64,000 nt of DNA, taken from NCBI RefSeq assembly GCF_963921235.1, contig NC_086097.1, positions 66,838,001-66,902,000 on the forward strand, read 5' to 3'. The DNA is from Mobula hypostoma (Eukaryota). The translations under genes and the position numbers were made by a program. Numbering within the stretch: position 1 is the stretch's first letter; every line of letters begins with the position of its first letter. This document shows positions 60,181 to 64,000 of this stretch, in pieces. The notes under the pieces were generated by a model. It did not search any database, was not told the origin of the DNA, and saw only the letters and a list, made by a program, of their open reading frames with translations.

Positions 60181-60845
60181 TAATAGATTAGGTTATGAGA
60201 ACACTCAGTCCTCTTTTATTGTCATTTAGAAATGCATACATGCATTAAGAAATGATACAATGTTTCTCCGGAGTGTTATCACAGAAAACAGGACAAACCA
60301 AAGACTAACACTGACAGAACCACATAATTATAACATATAGTTACGGCAGTGCAAAGCGATACCATAATTTGATGAAGAACAAACCATGGGCACAGTAAAA
60401 AATGTCTCAAAGTTCTCGAGTCGATCAACTCCCAAGTCCCCGATAGCAGGCGGCAAAAGGGAGAAACTCCCTGCCATAAACCTCTAGGCACCGTCAACTT
60501 GCCGATGCCTTGGAAGCAGCCGACTACAGCCGACACTGAGTCCATCTGTCCGAAAACTTCGAGCCTCCAACCAGCCCCTCCGTACAGCCTCCCGAGCGCC
60601 ATCCTCTGCCAAGCACCTTCGACCTAGCCCTGGCCGCTGAAACAAGCAAAAGCCGAGGATTCAGGGCCTTCTGCTCTGGAGATTCCGGTTACCACACAGT
60701 AGCAGCGGAAGCGAAGCGGGCATTTCAGAAGTTTTCTGGATGTTCTTCCGTACTCTCATGTCCTACCCTACTTGACAGATAACAAATATTCATCACTGGA
60801 GAGGCTGTGCGCACTGCCGTCACGCCACCATCTTTCTCCTCCTCC
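60181..60845 (-). mobile_element. Second copy of the 27170 non-autonomous element
   Basis: Reverse complement of 27170-27833; shared spurious ORF MALGRLY.. Confidence 0.8.
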
Positions 60846-60849
60846 TAAT

Positions 60850-63800
60850 AAGCTCCTAATAAGGAGCGTTAGCAGGCTTTCGGCATTTCTCCAGTGGCCC
60901 AATTGAATTTGGAGCAAGAGAGGAGGCAACTCACAGGTCCATGAGTGAGATTTAAAAAGTGTTCGCGGGCTTTTGGCATTTTTCCGACAGTCCAATCAAA
61001 TTGTGACTCATTAGCAAGGGCGAATCAAACTAAGGCAGGGACGAATAGAGCGGCCATTGTATGAGTGAATCAGTGGTAGAAGGGGCAGACTTTGACTCAT
61101 CAGGCTTTTGTAAGAACAGGCTTGCATGAGACAAGTATATGGTAAGTTACTTCCTCTTCGTTCTTCATCTGTTAGTACAGAGAGCAATGAGAATGGCTTC
61201 AGGGGCTGTGCTGTGTTCTTCATGTGCGATGTGGGAGTTCTGGGAGACCTCCAGCTTCCAGGGCAACCACATCTGCACCAAGTATACCAAGCTGCAGCTC
61301 CTCAGAGAACATGTTAAGGAACTGGAGCTATAGCTCGATGACCTTCGGCTCATACGGGGAAACTGAGGAGGTGATAGATAGGAGCTACAGGGAGGTAGTC
61401 AACCCTAAGTTGCAGGAGGCAGATATCTGGGTGACTGTCAGGAGATGGAAAGGAAATGGGCAGCCAGTGCAGATCACCTCGATATCGATTCCCCTCAATA
61501 ATAAGTATAACACGTTGGATGCTGTAGGGGCAGGAACAACCTACCAGGGGAAACCACAGTGACCAAGTCTCTGGCACTGAGTCAGGCTCTGTGGATCTAA
61601 AGGGATGTGGGAGAAGCAGGCTGCAGAAGTGATAGTGGATTCCATAGTTAGAGGAGTTGACCTCTTGGATCTGGTCCGTGGCATTCTAAAGGGGGAGGGT
61701 AAGCAGCCAGAAGCTTTGGTGCATATTGGCAACAAAGACATGGGTAGGAAAAGGGAGGAGGTGCTGAAGAGAGAATTTAGGAAGCTAGGTAGAAAGCTGA
61801 AAAGCAGGACCTCCAAGGTAGCAATCTCTGGATGGTTGAGAAATTGGTGCAGGTGACAGGGAATTTAGATCCCTTGATCATTGGGATCTCTTCTGGGGAA
61901 GGTATAACCTGTACGAAAGGAACAGGTTACGCCTGAACCCAAGGGGGAGCAATATCCTTGCAGACAGGTTTGCTGGAACAGTTGGGGAGGGTTTAAACTA
62001 ATTTGACAGGGGGATGGGAAACTGAGTGAGAGAGCTGAGAATGGGGTAGTTGGTTTACAAGCAGCGGCAGTGTGTAGTGAGACTGTCAGGAAGGACAGGC
62101 AGATGATAAGGCAAAATTGGAAGTCAGTGGGACAAGATGCAGTGTAACAAGGGTAAAATTGAAAAGGGTGAAGAATACGGGACTGAAGGTATTATATTTG
62201 AATGCACACAGTATATGGAATAAGGTAGATGATCTTGTAATGCAATTCGAGATTGACAAGACTGAAGTTGTGGGCATCACGGAACTGTGGCTGAAAGAAG
62301 CTTATAGTTGGGAGCTTAACATCCAATGAAATACTATGTTGGAAAGTGTATGGTGCAAGAAATAAACGGGCAGATTATTACTTAGATGGGGAGAGAATTC
62401 AAAATGCAGAGATGCAAAGGGACTTGGGAGTCCTTGCGCACGATACCCTAAAGGTTAACCTCCAGGTTGAGTCTGTGGTGCAGAAGGTGAATGCAATGTT
62501 GGCATTCATTTCTAGAGGTATATAATACAAGAGCAGGGATGTGATGTTGGGGCCCTATAAGGCACTCATGAGACCACACTTAAAAGTATTGTGTGCAGTT
62601 TTGGGCTCCTTATTTTAGACATTGGAGAGGGTTCAGAGAAGATACACAAGAATGATTCCTGGAATGAAAAGGTTACTATATGAGGAACATCTGGCAGCGC
62701 TTGGGCTGTATTCCCTGGAGTTCAGGAGAATAAGGGGGAATCTCATAGAAACATTCCAAATGTTAAAATGCCTGAACAGATTAAATATGGCAAAGTTATT
62801 TCCCATGGTAGGGGAGCCTAGGACAAGAGGGCACAACTTCAGGATTGAAGGACTTCCATTTAGAACAGAGTTGCGGAGAAATTACTTCAGTCAGAGGGTG
62901 GTAAATCTGTGGAATTTGTTGCCACGAGCAGCTGTGGAGGCCAAGTCATTGGGTGCATTTAAGGCAGAGATAGATAGGTTCTTGATTAGACAGGGCATCA
63001 GATGATATGGGCAGAAGGCAGGGGAGTGGGGATGACTGAAAGAATTGGATCAGCCCATGACTGAATGGCGGAGCAGACTCGATGGGCCAAATGGCCAACT
63101 TCTGCTCCTATATCTTATGGTCTTATGGATACACACAGTTTTGAAAGGACAGGCAGGTAGGAAGAGGGGCTAGCGTGGCTCTTCAGGTACAAAATGAAAT
63201 CAAATCCTTAGAAAGAGGTGACATAGGATTGGAAGATATGGAATCTTTGTGGGGAGAGTTAAGGAACTGCAAGGGCATAAACACCCTGATGGGAGTTATA
63301 TACAGGCCTCCGAACAGTAGCCAGGATGTGGGCTAGAAATTACAATAGGGATTTCAATATGCACATAGATTGGGAAAATCAGGTTAGTGCTGAATTTGGA
63401 CCCCAAGTGAGAGAATTTGTAGAATGCATGCAAGATGGCTTTTTAGAGCAGCTTGTGGGTGAACCCACTAGAGGATCAGCTGTTCTGGATTGGGTGTTTG
63501 TAATGAACCAGATTTGGTGAGGGAGCTTAAGGTAAAGGAACCTTTCGGAGACAGTGATCATAGTATGTTAGAATTCACCCTGCAATTTGAGAAGGAGAAG
63601 TTAAAGTCAATTGTATCAGTACTACAGTGGAGTAAAGGGAATTAAAGAGGCATGAGAGAGGAACTGGCCAAAGTTGACTGGAAGGGAACAGGGTTGAAGG
63701 CAGAGCAGCAATGGCTGGAGTTTATCCCAAGGTAGTAGTAGTATTCTAAAGGCAGGATGATGCAACCATGGCTGTCAAAGAAAGTCAAATCCAACATAAA

Positions 63801-64000
63801 AGCAAAAGAGAGGGCATATAACAGAGAAAAAAAAATTAGTGGGAAGCTTTTAAAAACCAACAGAAGGCAACTAAAAAAAATTAAGGAAGGAAAAGATTAA
63901 ATATGAAGGTAAGCTAGTAAATAATATCAAAGCAGATACCAAACTTTTTTTTGAGATGTATAAAGAGTAAAAGATAGGCAAGTGTATATATCGAATGACT
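60850..64000 (+). mobile_element. Decayed CR1 with 5'UTR, ORF1 (Zn finger + GDSL-type esterase) and ORF2 endonuclease, runs off window
   Basis: CSSCAMWE..HICTK; IVDSIVRG, VHIGNKD; YLNAHSIWNK, VGITELWL; resumes at 63128 with GVIYRPP, GDSDH. Confidence 0.85.
62327..63126 (+). mobile_element. Younger CR1 3' fragment inserted in the older CR1 endonuclease
   Basis: ERVQRRYTRMIPG..FSQRVVNLWN; tail tcttatggtcttatg; host reads aacatccaa|ggatacac across it. Confidence 0.85.

Overview
Vertebrate genomic DNA, most likely a cartilaginous fish (ray/shark; inferred from HE1/V-SINE, CR1/HER1-type and Rex1 repeats). The window holds the complete coding region of SEC23A (COPII coat subunit) on the minus strand: 19 coding exons from ATG 58183 to TGA 11452, 2298 nt = 765 aa, one GC-AG intron and a poly(A) signal at about 10906. 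The non-coding first exon was not found and probably lies beyond 64000. Introns and the 3' flank are filled with transposon debris: CR1, Rex1/Babar, Nimb/I, L1-type tail, RTE-derived elements, tRNA SINEs, BEL/Pao, hAT, Tc1 and Tigger. The most notable signal is a Penelope-like (Neptune-type, RT + GIY-YIG) family whose terminal repeat carries a minimal type I hammerhead ribozyme motif (AGTC-CTGACGA-AGG..CCT-GAAA-CG-TC-GACT), in 8 recognisable copies. It repeatedly inserts as TSD-flanked fold-back (inverted) units in which one arm stops at a fixed point and the other carries up to ~35 nt of extra tail. Family names come from motif recognition only; no database search was run.
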